Shown piece by piece: positions 37,908 to 50,577 of a DNA stretch of 64,000 bases. Under the pieces are notes generated by a model. That model was not told the DNA's origin. It worked only from the letters and a program-made list of their open reading frames with translations, and searched no databases. Both the position numbers and the translations under genes were made by a program. Numbering within the stretch: the first letter of the stretch is position 1; each line of letters starts with the position of its first letter. This DNA comes from Octopus sinensis (taxonomy: Eukaryota). The stretch is from NCBI RefSeq assembly GCF_006345805.1, contig NC_043005.1, forward strand, positions 10,726,001 to 10,790,000, read 5' to 3'.

Positions 37908-39841
37908 TAATTTCAATGTTATCAGATTTTATATATACACATACCTGATTCTCATCAGCTACTTACTGAAAATTTCCTGAAAAGTGTCTTTTATTATTAC
38001 AACCGAGTTCTTGCTGTATTATCTCTGTGAAATGTAGTTCTTGTGTAAAAGCTAAAAAGGAAAAAAAAAAAGATTTTTCTGTTAGTTTTTTTTTTTAATA
38101 AAAATATTTAGTCTATTAAATAAACTCTTTAGATTTCACTGCAATCATATCACTCTCAACTAATTATTTATTAATTTTGTCTTTTAACTTTTAATGTTTT
38201 TATTTCTATCCTTATGTTGGTGCCTTTGCAGTGTTTTGTGTTTTTCTTTTATTGTTGTTTGGAAAAATGAAAACTGGCTCCTACATAGCAAAGAAATAGT
38301 AGTACACACACACACACACAAGGTTTTTTAATTCTTTTGCTGAGAAAGAGGGGCAGCGTCTGTAGTCATTGCAAACCCTATAGCACTGCCAAGGCCTGTA
38401 TGTTTACTGTTAGTGTCTGTGAGGAATATGAGCTTAGAATATGCAGCTTTCTGCAGTTTTGTTGGTAATGCAACAGAACATATGCTTTTAAGTCACAGTA
38501 GTATCTATGTAGGAGAAGAAAGAATTGACCAAAGCGTTTTGAAGTAAGGACTGAAAAAAAGTAGTGAAGAAGAAATTTTGGGCATTGTGGTTGGCTGTAT
38601 ATATACAGCTTCCTAATTGAGTTAGCTGTATATATACAGCTTCCTAATTGAGAAGAGCTGGTAACAGGCACTCTTGTGTTGTAGTAATGGTAGAAAAGAT
38701 ATTAAGAAGAAGAAGAAGAAGCTTCATAACTTTGAAGTAGTGGTTGTTTCCTTTGGCTAGCTTTTGTCATCACACCCAAAGGCTATCCTGGAGTAATACC
38801 CTTCATATGAGGTGCAATTGCCTCTTGGTACTTTGACAAATCACCTTTCTGGGCGACATAGGAGATGTGGTCAGTAATGTTTTTGCAGCTGTGTAGTCCC
38901 AGATTACTATTATTAGAAATTGCTGAAGCTGAATTTGAGATTTTCCCCTCTCTCCAACTGTGTTGGACCCTGTGAAAAAAATGTAGTTGTGTTTATCACT
39001 AACTCTTGCATGTGTCGCTAACAATCGTTACTCAAGTTTTAAAACATTTTCATGATCTTTTTGTAGTTATTTTAAATAACATTTTATTATGATTGGTTGT
39101 TATTAATATCTTTAAATAATTGTTGAAATAAATTTATAAAGAAATGTGAATAATATATCTAATACTACAAATTGTTCCGTTATCAATATACTGGTAGGAA
39201 ATACCATAAAGATACTATTGTCAGTGTTAAATAGTGGTAAATTCACTGGGTCCTGAATGGACAAATCAAATTGTATTATATTTATAAGCAGACATTGAAA
39301 TAAAAGATTATATTTAATGTTGATCTTAATTTTCCTTATGTAAAATAAGAAACAAGAAAAGCTCTTATAGTTTACAAAATATCACAAAAAAGGGAAAAAA
39401 ACTGTTACTTGTTAGATTTAAAACATTTCTTCTAATAATTATTTATATAGTTTCAGTTAATTTTAAAATTAGAAGTTTCTTGTGAAAATTGTATTTCATA
39501 GCATTTATGTTAGGGGTGTGGTTATTTCTATAATGTTGATTTTGATTGTTCTTTAATGGACACTCTATGAAGAATAGTATTCTGTAGTTATTTACTAAAT
39601 CCTTCTCTTTAACCCCCAACTGTAACTGTTTTTGAAAAGGTCTACACAATCAAAGTCTAATTTGGTTGTTACTTTTCATAATAAAAGTTACCACTTTACA
39701 ACTGAATTTTTTATCAATAACTGAAATCCTTCTTGTTGTAATTCAGGAATAAAATAACTTTTCATTCATTTATTAATTTTAAGAAAAAAATTTTCACTCA
39801 AATACAATTCATTTTAATGTTTTCATAATTTTTTAAAACAG

Positions 39842-39952
39842 GAGAACTACAAATAGAACGCAGCCAAGAATCTGACGTTGGCAAATATGAATGCGTTGCA
39901 GAAAATGAACATGGAGTTGATTATTCTTACGCGGCTAACTTATATGTTAAAG
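39842..39952 (+). CDS. Lar: LAR-type RPTP, exon encoding the C-terminal part of Ig2
   Basis: Not in the ORF track; read by hand. ACAG acceptor (AG 39840-39841), donor AAG|GTTTGT at 39953, phase 1/1. Translation [37 protein letters not shown] resembles vertebrate GALQIE.SEESDQGKYECVA.N..G.RYS.PANLYVR and continues the upstream exon in frame. Confidence 0.93.
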
Positions 39953-40439
39953 GTTTGTCATTATTTCATAGTAAAACTTGTGTTTATTTACTAACTGTTT
40001 ATAAGATATTTATCACAATAAAGATAAACCACTAATATATTAGATTCATACCAATAAATGATGTGTTTGTATTTATTCTGAGGTGAGTAATAATTTTTAT
40101 TTTCCCCTTTTTTTGTTTCTTTTGATTGTATTTCATAACATTAATACTTACAACCGAACTGGATCAATTTAGTGGTCCTCACAACAAATGACTGCTTTAT
40201 GAAATAAACTGGTTTGCAGTAACGTTTTAGCTTTGTAATTATTTAGAATTGACTTCTTAAAGATGACTAATTATCTGTTTTAATTCTGTGTGTGTGTGTG
40301 TGTGTTTATGAGTGTGAGGGAGAAAGAGACTTGAAATAAACTAAGTCATTTGCATTATGACTTTGGCTTAATGATGGTCTTCTAAACCTTTAGTTATTTC
40401 TCTGTCTATTAAAATGTCTTAAAATATCTCATGGCACGA

Positions 40440-40860
40440 ACACTAGGACTAAGGGGAGTTTTAAGGGTGTGTATCACCCGAATCTATGATTGTTCTCAAT
40501 GTAGGATAGACTTTGCTGTTGATGCTGAACAAGAGACTATATCCGGTAGTATATGTTGGGAACTTCTTCATCATAATAGAGGATGAAGTCCACTCAATGA
40601 CATTGGTGTCACTAACAAAGACAGACAGCATGAAATTAAGGACCTATCAAAGCTAATAGGGGACTGAGCTTTCTGATGTGACATTGGGAAGTGCCTCACC
40701 TTTGCAACCAACCTGCTGGTCCACAATTTGTCTTTGTTGAAAAGTAAAGCAACTCTTTACTCTGTCATTCTTGTTACCTTTTATGAGTATTAAAGTTAAC
40801 TCACCATTTAGGGAGTTTAACTTTGACCATCAATCTACTTGTTTTTCTGGAAGTACATCT
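40440..40860 (-). mobile_element. Highly degenerate RTE-like RT fragment
   Basis: Minus strand reads DVLPEKQ...SK..S...ILIK, weakly like the RTE LP..Q.GFR..RST segment. Confidence 0.35.
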
Positions 40861-40928
40861 TATATAGTTACAGTGCTGTATACTTAAGTGAATATTGTTA
40901 CTGATATAACTGAACATAGGCTCTTCGG

Positions 40929-40962
<34 letters not shown>

Positions 40963-41083
40963 TTAAGATTGTGTGGCTTGGGGTTTGTTCTTACTGTGGT
41001 ACTATGGGAACTTCTCTTATAGTTTCAAATTGACCACTTTGTGAGTGTAAATGATAGAAAGAAACACTGTACAGAATTTTATA

Positions 41084-41353
41084 GCCTCGCCTGGCCCCCG
41101 TGCCGGTGGCACGTAAAAAGCACCATTCGACCGTGGCCGTTTGCCAGCCCCGTTTGCCAGCCCCGTCTGGCACCTGTGCCGGTGGCACGTAAAAAGCACC
41201 CACTACACTCACGGAGTGGTTGGCGTTAGGAAGGGCATCCAGCCGTAGAAGCACTGCCAGATCAGACTGGAGCCTGGTGCAGCCTTCTGGCTTCCCAGAC
41301 CCCAGTTGAACCGTCCAACCCATGCTAGCATGGAAAGCGGATGATGATGATGA
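41084..41353 (+). mobile_element. Family D element, two modules
   Basis: GGTGGCACGTAAAAAGCACC x2; internal GTTTGCCAGCCCC duplication; (GAT)n tail. Confidence 0.87.
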
Positions 41354-42254
41354 TGTGTGTGTGTGTGTGTGTGTGATGGTGAATTTAAAGAAAACCTTAG
41401 AAAATCCTGCTAGCAGCATACTCTCAAAAATGTCTGTCCATGAAAAAAGGCAATCAGAATTGTTCCAAGAGTGCTATTCATGTGAAAAGTGATACTCGAG
41501 CCAATCACGGGTGAAAATACTCCTGATCTCTGCTTCAAGAACAATATGGAGCTCCTCCATAATATGAAGTGATTCTCTCAAGCTATAACATAATGGAACG
41601 AGCAATGTATAGACCAAATGATAGCAAATATATTCTCATCCTTCAAGAAGCACACAAATTCTATCTTGCCTGAATTTCTACAAAGCCAACTGGAAACCAG
41701 GGAGAAAATTATTCTCACAGACAAAATGTGTGCAAACACATTGGACTTTGAATGATATCACTGGATTGTGGGATGCATGTGTTTCTGTGTCATTGCACTC
41801 TGTTAGATACACATACCAAATTCGTCTTTCACTGCCCTATAAAGATGACAGTTCTAATTCATAAGAGCATATGTGTGTGTGTGTGTCCAACCATGACAGC
41901 ATGGAAGATAGACATTAAACGACGATGATATATGTATATATATACCTTGACTAAACTTTACCCTCATCATCAGGCATTCCATATGTTGTTTTAATAAGAA
42001 TAATTCTGTTCTTATTGAGCTACCTGTGACAGATTTTGCTTTCATAGCTGGTTAAGTGGAACAATGCAGAAATGCATGCATCCCACAATCCAGTGATGTT
42101 ATTCCACAGCCCCTCCTTTCTCTCAAAAATGTGTTTGCACATGTCTAAGTGAAGAGTTTTCTCTAGAGACTATTTCCGTGTGAATGATCTTATTACACCT
42201 GAAGACACTCAGGTGTGTTAAATATAACTTTATATATATATATATGTATGTGTA

Positions 42255-42291
<37 letters not shown>

Positions 42292-43024
42292 TGGAAGGTT
42301 TGGAGATGATGTACAGGTATTATATATTAGAAGAAACGAGGTAATCAGAAGATCTTACCTCATTTCTTCTAATATATATATATATATATATATATACGTG
42401 TGTGTGTGTATGTATATGTGTGTGTTTGTATATATTTATATATATATATATACACACACACACACGCACACATTTTTATATGCACACACACACACATATA
42501 TATATGAAATATGCATTTATATTTGTTTGTGGTGTGTTTGTATGTATGTATACCTCTGTTCATATATGTGTGTGCTTCTATGTGTTTGTTCAAACTAGTC
42601 GTCGTCTCTACTTTGAAAGTTGCAATCTACTAGCTTTGATTTTTTTTTTTTTTTTGGTCAGTTCTCTTATCCAACAAATTATCCCCTTTTCAGTATTTTT
42701 GTTCCCACCCCCACCTACCTCATTTTGAACCATCCTTCACTCTGTCAACCCCTACCCATCTACTCCTCTTACTTTTCCTCCAGCTCCCACCTGGCACCTC
42801 ATCACCATCTTTATCTCTCTTTCTCACTCCACATCAATTAGTCCTACCCACAATTGCGTAAATTCAGGTAGCCATTAATCTCCTGTTCATCAAGAAACCT
42901 GTTTAGCCCCTTCATTTATACTTTAGCTTCTCATCATCTCACAAAAAACTGCCCCCCCCCCTTCTTTACTGTTGTCCCCTTCAGTCAAAAGCGGATCTTA
43001 GTCTTGCAAACTAGATGATGACCT

Positions 43025-43213
43025 CACTGGTGCTGGTGCCATAAACAAGCACCCAATGTACCCTGTAAAATGGTTGACATTAGAAAAGGCATCCAACCAT
43101 AAAAAAAAAATGACAAAGTAGACCTTGCTACATGACACAGTCATCTGACTGATTGGATTTTGTCAAACCATCCAACCCGTGCTAGTATGGACAGTGGGCA
43201 TTGAAAGATGATG
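43025..43213 (+). mobile_element. Family D element, degenerate
   Basis: GGTGCCATAAACAAGCACC...GGTTGACATTAGAAAAGGCATCCA...CCATCCAACCCGTGCTAGTATGG. Confidence 0.6.
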
Positions 43214-43390
43214 CTATACATATTTATATGAATTGACCACCGATATCTTTATGCCCTCACTCTCACACCAGCTGTCACCTCCTTACATACACACTTTCAC
43301 ACCACCTGTCTCATGACTACACTCACACACACAAGTGGCATACTCTCCCACTGACAAACTCCACTATACTTGCATGCCTTTATACACATA

Positions 43391-43786
43391 CTAGCAGTAT
43401 CGCCCGGCATTGCTCAGGTTTCTAAGGGAAATAACTATATAAGCATTTTTAGAGATGTAAAGTATAATAGCCATCTCAATATGGCTAACCACAAAGGGGG
43501 GGTGTTACTGTAGCTGTTTACGTTCTGAGATTTAATAATAAATTTTTAGAGAGTTACTTCCCTTATATATGCCAAAAGTGCATTAAAAATGGGAAAAATT
43601 GATGGTAAATTTTTTTTTAAATCGTAGACTCATCGTAGACGCGCGCTAATACCCAGAAGGGCTCGATATGAATCACGACTATAAGATACCCGGTTTTGGT
43701 TACACTGCACTGCAAAATGTGGGAGCAGTTAGGAATCTAAATCGTAGGAGACAGACAACACACAACTTCACTTTTATATATAAAGA
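43391..43786 (-). mobile_element. Non-autonomous Helitron (family E)
   Basis: CTAG at 43391 preceded by A; TC end at 43785-43786 followed by T. Confidence 0.9.
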
Positions 43787-43959
43787 TATGCATCACACTA
43801 ACACACATCAACACACCGCTTCATCCTTATACCTGGTTCCATACAAAAGTACTTTTATACTTGCACCCCTTACACAGGCACCCCTTCTTTCATTCTACCC
43901 TTCTTCCCATAGAACAGCATTCATCTGGTTTCTAACTCTTTACCTGCTTTTGTGTGTGT

Positions 43960-44119
43960 AATGTATGTGTGTACACACACACACACACGCACGCACACCC
44001 ACCACACACACAAACACACACAAAACACAAACACACACACACACACACAAACACACACATAGACACTCACGCACACACACACACACGTACACACTCACAC
44101 ACACACACACGTACACACT

Positions 44120-44150
<31 letters not shown>

Positions 44151-44235
44151 CACACACACACACACACACACCACACACACACACACACACCACACACACA
44201 CACACACCACACACACACACGCATACACACAGACA

Positions 44236-44285
<50 letters not shown>
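43960..44285. repeat. Compound (CA)n microsatellite, ~325 bp
   Basis: Directly visible; explains the HT/CV ORFs in the track. Confidence 0.95.
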
Positions 44286-44485
44286 AGTCTTCTTTGTTCT
44301 TGTCTACCAAATCCGCTCACAAACAGAAGTGCCGCACCACTTTAGGACTAAACTCTGAATGATGTGTTCAGGGAGTGGATTTCTCAACCATGCCATACAC
44401 CTTTGCTTGTCCTTATAAAGCAGGGAAGGTGAGACTCTGCCAGTGGCTGCATGAAGCTGTAATCAGTAGCGTCACATTAAATATC

Positions 44486-44712
44486 TATTTCTTCACTGCC
44501 CACAAGGGGCTAAACACAGAGGGGACAAGCAAGCACGGACAAACGAATTAAGTCGATTATATCGACCCCAGTGCATAACTGGTACTTATTTAATCGACCC
44601 CCGAAAGGATGAAAGGCGACCTCGGCGGAATTTGAACTCAGAACGTAGCGGCAGACGAAATACGGCTACACATTTCCCCCGGCGTGCTAACGTTTCTGCC
44701 AGCTCGCCACCT
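44486..44712 (-). mobile_element. SINE family B (tail B1)
   Basis: Complete copy; 9-bp TSD TTAAATATC (44477-44485, 44713-44721). Confidence 0.88.
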
Positions 44713-44819
44713 TTAAATATCAAGTCACCACACAACTAAGCTGATACACAACCCACCCATCCACCCATCCATCCATCCATCCATCCATCCATCTTTGCAT
44801 GTGTGTGTACACACGCACA

Positions 44820-45177
44820 CATCATCATCATCATCATCGTTTAGCGTCCGCTTTCCATGCTAGCATGGGTTCGACGGTTCAACTGGGGTCTGGGAAGCCA
44901 GAAGGCTGCACCAGGCCCAGTTTGATCTGGCAATGTTTCTACGGCTGGATGCCCTTCCTAATGCCAACCACTCCATGAGTTAAGTGGGTGCTTTTTATGT
45001 GCCACCAGCACGGAGACCAGACGAAACTGGCAACGGCCACAATCGGATGGTGCTTTTTATGTGCCACTGGCATAGGGGGCCAGGCGAGGCTGGCAACGGC
45101 CACGATCGGATGATGCTTTTTACGTGCCACCGGCACGAGGCCAGTCGGGGCGGCGCTGGCAACGGCCACGAACGGAT
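44820..45177 (-). mobile_element. Family D element, three modules
   Basis: (CAT)n, D core, three GCTTTTTA(T/C)GTGCCAC repeats. Confidence 0.87.
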
Positions 45178-45409
45178 GCACACACACATATAATAAATGC
45201 TTTGATGTTATAATAAAAAGCAGATTTTCTATGACCTATCACCCTTACTTCTGCCAGTGTTCACCTGTATAAAAATGTATATGTGTGTCTGTAAATGTCT
45301 GTTTATGTAAGATCCATATATTTACTTATGTATTCAGTTATATGTGTTTGTATGTGTATAGATGTACATATGTTTACATGTGAGTGTATAAAGAAAGAAA
45401 GAGGATAAT

Positions 45410-45900
45410 GAGTTGCCAGAATCCGAGCATGACCTGAAGTAGCAGGATCAACCTTAAAATCACTCAATACAATCTAGCAAAACAGAGCCCTTAACAAGAA
45501 CTTCAAATTTAAGCTCCAGAAGATGATAGTTCAGCCTGTTACACTGTTTGGATGTGGAAACTGGACCCTTAGTGCAAGCGACACTGCAAAACACTATGCA
45601 TTCAAAAGTGGTTTTCTCAAAGGTTACTGAGGCGCAGCTAGACTAACCCTCAAACAGATGAATCAGTACATGAGTAAATGGGAAGAGAAATAGATTTTTT
45701 GGTAGCCGTCAGGAAGAGCATGCTGCAAAATTATGGGCATGTCACTGGGGCTTGATTGTCAGCACCCACTTCTTAGAGAGAAGAGCCTTTGGGAAACAAG
45801 AAAGGTAATCTGAAAAGACAGCATTAAAGCATGGACTGGAAGACTTCTCTCAAAATCCAGAACCATAACCAAAGGCAGAAATCGTGGGATGGTCCCTAAC
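45410..45900 (+). mobile_element. Degenerate RTE-clade LINE, RT C-terminal fragment
   Basis: VQPVTLFGCGNWTL....AF.KWFSQRLL...W...TDESV...YGHV resembles the RTE LLYG.E.WT...AFE.WC.RR.L...NE.V...FGH pattern. Confidence 0.6.
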
Positions 45901-46007
45901 CCTCAGCAGTCAGGATGGGAATAGGCAAGGCAATACACACACACATACAGGTGTATGTATGTAATTCTGTATGTGTGTATTTGTGTGTATATATATATGT
46001 AAATCAT

Positions 46008-46177
46008 CATGGGTTGGACGGTTCAACTGGGGTCTGTGAAGCCAGAAGGCTGCACCAGGCCCAGTCTTATCTGGCAATGTTTCTACAGCTGGATGCCCTT
46101 CCTAACGCCAACCACTCCGTGAGTGTAGTGGGTGCTTTTTACGTGCCACCTGCACAGGTGCCAGACAAAGCTGGCAA
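46008..46177 (-). mobile_element. Family D element, truncated
   Basis: D core CATGGGTTGGACGGTTCAACTGGGG...GGTGCTTTTTACGTGCCACC. Confidence 0.85.
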
Positions 46178-46189
46178 ACATATATATAT

Positions 46190-46465
46190 ATGTATATAAA
46201 GATATATATATGTATGTATATAAAGATATATATATATATATGTATATAAAGATATATATATATATATGTATGTATATAAAGATATATATATATATGTATG
46301 TATATAAAGAGATATATATATGTATGTATATAAAGATATATATGTATGTATGTATATAAAGAGATATATATATGTATGTATATAAAGATATATATGTATG
46401 TATGTATATAAAGAGATATATGTATGTATGTATATAAAGATATATATATATATGTATGTATATAA
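46190..46465. repeat. Minisatellite of about ten (TA/TG)n-TATAAAGA units
   Basis: TATATAAAGA(GA)TATATATATGTATG repeated with variable length. Confidence 0.9.
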
Positions 46466-46999
46466 AGATATGTAAATGCATGCATATGTATGCGTGTTTA
46501 TATCGGTAGATTGACTGAGAAATATGTAGGGTGATTGGCTGCTTGCCTCGCTGATTGATTGAGTGATTGATTTGTTAAATGGGTGATCAATTGATTTATT
46601 GAAGAATGAACATTCAGCCTTGTAATGACTGTTAAACTTTGCATATTCAGTTGGAATGTTAAGCTAAATTCTTAAAAATATATATTTGTATTCTGATTGT
46701 ATTAGCATATAATTTCATGATAGAAAGAAACTTCGTTTGGAATATAAACTGGTGTAGCTCTTAAATTACTCAGAATAATGTTTATGTCTCAGAATATGTT
46801 AACACATACTAATAACTGAGATAGTTTAAACAAGTCATTTATAATCTAGTGTTGCAGCAAAATCCAGATTTTCTTCATTAAGTTTGCTATCTTCCTGTTG
46901 ATTACTATGTTTCTTGTTTGTAATTAAAAAAAAAAAATGAGTTTTTGGGTATATGATATTTTTACATGTTGTATATTTTACACTAATTTTATGATGAAA

Positions 47000-47097
47000 G
47001 TCTACCTCGACAGAATTTAGACTAAGACTCTGAAGACCGACAAAATACGGCTAAGTATTTCGCCGGCGTGCTAAAGATCCTACTAGCTCGCTGCCTT
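47000..47097 (-). mobile_element. SINE family B, 5' fragment
   Basis: CTACCTCGACAGAATTT...AAGTATTTCGCCGGCGTGCTAA...AGCTCGCTGCC. Confidence 0.6.
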
Positions 47098-47279
47098 GGC
47101 AGTGTAAACATTGAAACAATTTGAAACTAAGAATTAATACTTAATAGTTTATATTTTATCAATTTCTTTTTAAGCCATTTAAAAGTGGAAAAAACCCTAA
47201 CTATAAGCTGTAACTATATTTTGCTTTTTAAAGTTTTTGTGGATATTATGAATTTAATTATGATGTCCATTTGCTTCAG

Positions 47280-47549
47280 TTCGCCGTGTTCCACCTCACT
47301 TTACTATGCCACCTGAAAGCGTTGAGGTGCAACCAGCAACAGATGTCAATCTAACCTGTGTGGCTGTTGGTTCCCCTATGCCAGAAGTAAGGTGGCGTCA
47401 GGGTAACCGAGAACTAACCGATGAAAATGAAATCCCAATTGGTCGAAATGTACTGGAATTAAAAAATGTTCTAGAAACCAAAAACTATACCTGTGTCGCA
47501 TCGTCCGACTTAGGAATTATTGAAGAAATAGCCCAAGTGAAAGTAACTG
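47280..47549 (+). CDS. Lar: LAR-type RPTP, exon encoding the Ig2-Ig3 linker and Ig3
   Basis: TTGCTTCAG acceptor (AG 47278-47279), donor G|GTGAGT at 47550, phase 1/1. Translation [90 protein letters not shown] has the LAR hallmarks [30 protein letters not shown] and NYTCVA.S.LG. Confidence 0.95.
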
Positions 47550-48554
47550 GTGAGTACAACTATTGTTTTCCATTATATATATATATATATATATATATTT
47601 CGTGTAAGTTTTTAAAATATAGTGATGGTGGTGGTGATGGTCATAGTGGTGGTGGTAGTGATGATTGGCTGGATGTAGTTTCAGTTTTGACTAAATTTTG
47701 TTTTTCTTATTGTACAGTACTACAATGTTCAGATGTAGCTACACTTCATCGCTTATTTAATCATTAAAAAAAAAAAAAAGTCACTTTTATGAATAGTTAT
47801 AAAACTTTACTTTTAGGGAGAAAATGATAAAATTCAGCTAAATCTTTGCAAAAGACATTACTATCTGTAATTTAAATTACAAATTTTTACTTTCCGCACA
47901 CACACACACACACACACTCATACACATCCTCAAGTAAACCAGCATATATATAATATTTAAAATTAAATGATTGTACTATCTTTTAAACTGCCTGATGTCT
48001 ATATGTGTGTATGTATGTATGTGTCTATATATATATATATATGCATATATATGTATATATATATATATAAATTTGTTTTAAATTTTTTGTTTCAATTGTT
48101 TGTCTTTCAATGTTAAATTAGTTGTTTTTATTTTTATTTCTTTGAAATTATTCTTTATAAAGCCATATTTCCTAAATTAAGAGATATATAATTATATGTT
48201 AGTTCGTTAGTATGGAGTCAGTTTAATTTCCTACTGTTCCAAATCACTGTAAATAATCTTGATGCAATATGGTATTTTACATTTAAAGTATTTACATTAA
48301 TCATTTTTATATTTTAAAAGTTTTTTTTTTTTTTTGCTAAATTAAACTACAATAGTTTATGAATATCAAATTATTCCAATTTCTCTGTTTTTCATAAGTA
48401 GTTATGTAGTTAAACAATGGAAAACTGTACATGATGGTCACATTTGTAACAGAGTAAATAGTTCTAAGTTGTAGAAGTTTCTGTAATGTCCTATTCCTTA
48501 ACTGATCCTGATTTCCTTTTACCTGAATATCATGTAAAGTAATACAGGATTTAA

Positions 48555-48774
48555 CCCTTTCGTTACTAACCCGGCCCAAACCGGCTCTGGCTCTGTAGTA
48601 CAAATGTCTTGTTTTCATAAGTTTTGCATCAAAATATACCACCAAACCTTAGTTGCAATTTATATTCCTAACACTAGCTTAATGATAGCTAAGTTATTTT
48701 ACTAAATTCTTTGTTATATTTAAATAATTGAAAGAAACACAGAGCATCTCAAAATAAATACAGTAACGAAAGGG
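48555..48774 (-). mobile_element. TTAA/piggyBac-type MITE (family F)
   Basis: TTAA|CCCTTTCGTTAC ... GTAACGAAAGGG|TTAA; internal sequence inverted relative to 29955 and 56695. Confidence 0.9.
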
Positions 48775-49440
48775 TTAAGAGTGGTTCAACATTGGTAAAT
48801 AATGTTAGCATGGCATGCTGGGTTCAAATCATGCATTGTCTTCTTACACAGTTCCATCTTCCAAATGATAAAACAGTTGCATAAAAAAATTTCAGTTGTG
48901 AATCTCAGACATGTGAAAGATGCATAATTTGAACACTTGCCTCAGCTAATCAAAATTATCATAGCTGTTTGTTTTTGTAAGAGCCAAATAGGTAATCATA
49001 AAGTTTGTGTGATCAAGTTTCTTTCTTGGTAGCTAGAAGTCCGGTCCTTGGTAATGAATTAGTTTAAATTTAATAAGCAGATGTGTATAAAAAGAGTTAA
49101 AATGTTAAATGTTTGAAATATTCAGTAAATCAATGCTCAATAAATCTGTTATCTAAACTACATGAAACACTTTAATGACAGGAGGTATCACAGTTGCTTA
49201 TTGATGCAGATTATTAATTATTTTAATAACAAATAAGATTACTCGGACCATTAGTTACAGTATCAATTAGGGAAGCATCAGTTATTGAATTGATAACAAA
49301 TAGAAATTCTTGAAATAGTAAAAGTAAAGTATGTGTCTGTATATATATAAATAATAATAATAATATTAGGGAATAAATCCAAACTTACAGGGAAAAATTA
49401 GATTTAGGATTAAATCCAATTTTATAGTATAAATATATTA

Positions 49441-50408
49441 TATTATATTAAATTAGAGATAAAACCACCATTAGGAAAATCAAACAGTGAAAAACATAAG
49501 CCAATACATAAAATTAATTTAAAAATATAAAATTTAAAAATTATTTAAATAATTTAAACTTATAAATTTTAAATATATATATACAAATATATATATATAT
49601 ATGTATGTATGTATATTTTATGTATATTTTTAGTGGTTTTATCTCTAATTTAATATATATATATATATATATAAAGTTTATCATAAAATATAGTTTTAAA
49701 CCATATTAATATAAAAATACATAATGTAATAATACCATTATAATTAATTAAGAAAGAAAAGAAACAGTTTATCAATTAAGTAAAAATGTCTTCTGTATTG
49801 CTAGATTTAAGGAAAATCTATAACAATTAAAATGGGTTTAAATAAAAAAAAAAATCGTCAGTCCTTAAGATAAGAATTTTATTTTAATTAAGATTCTTAA
49901 TTGTTGTTGTTATCTTTTTTTGTTGTTGTTGTTTTTTCTCTGTTAAAATAATATGATTATTTGATTTAAAATAATTGAAAATTGTAAAACATTCAAATGT
50001 TTTTTTGCATGGCTGAATTAAAATAATTAGTTAACAAGTAAAAAAAAAAGAAAAAAAAAGAAAGGAAAAATGCAAAACAATAATAAAGCAAAATATCCCC
50101 CAAGGGCTCCGTAGAGGAAAAGAGTTGGAAGTGAAGCCAAGATGGCTTTATTGTAGAGGATATAAATGAAGATGCAGCAGTTTGTAAAATTGATTTGTAA
50201 ATAAAGATGATGACAATAACAAACTTTCTGATTTATACTATTGAAATTTAAAGTTTTCAGATTTCTCCAAGAAGGGAAACTTTGTAAAACAAAACAAAGA
50301 AATATCTGTGGATGGTTCCCGTTTTGCATGATAGAATTTTGTGTGGAGGCAAATGTTTCCAAACATACATAGATATATGTTGGTGTGTGTTTGTATATAT
50401 GTATGTGG

Positions 50409-50463
<55 letters not shown>

Positions 50464-50536
50464 TACATATATACATACATACATACACATGCATATATAT
50501 ACATATATACATACATACATACACACATATATACAT

Positions 50537-50577
<41 letters not shown>

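Noticed and set aside
38133-38245. Second AG-free zone with branch-like ACTAAT and TGCCTTTGCAG
   Set aside because: The only in-frame option (6 nt, weak GTGTTT donor) creates a TGA at the junction with the next exon.
42331-42340. TAG|AAGAAACGAG|GTAATC candidate meB-like microexon
   Set aside because: 10 nt (or 7 nt), frameshifting, and no pyrimidine tract.
47550-47767. 72-codon open read-through after the Ig3 exon, a possible secreted isoform
   Set aside because: Runs through (TA)n and (GGT)n microsatellites, has a consensus donor and only a weak ATTAAA next to a genomic A-run; no support without 3'-end data.
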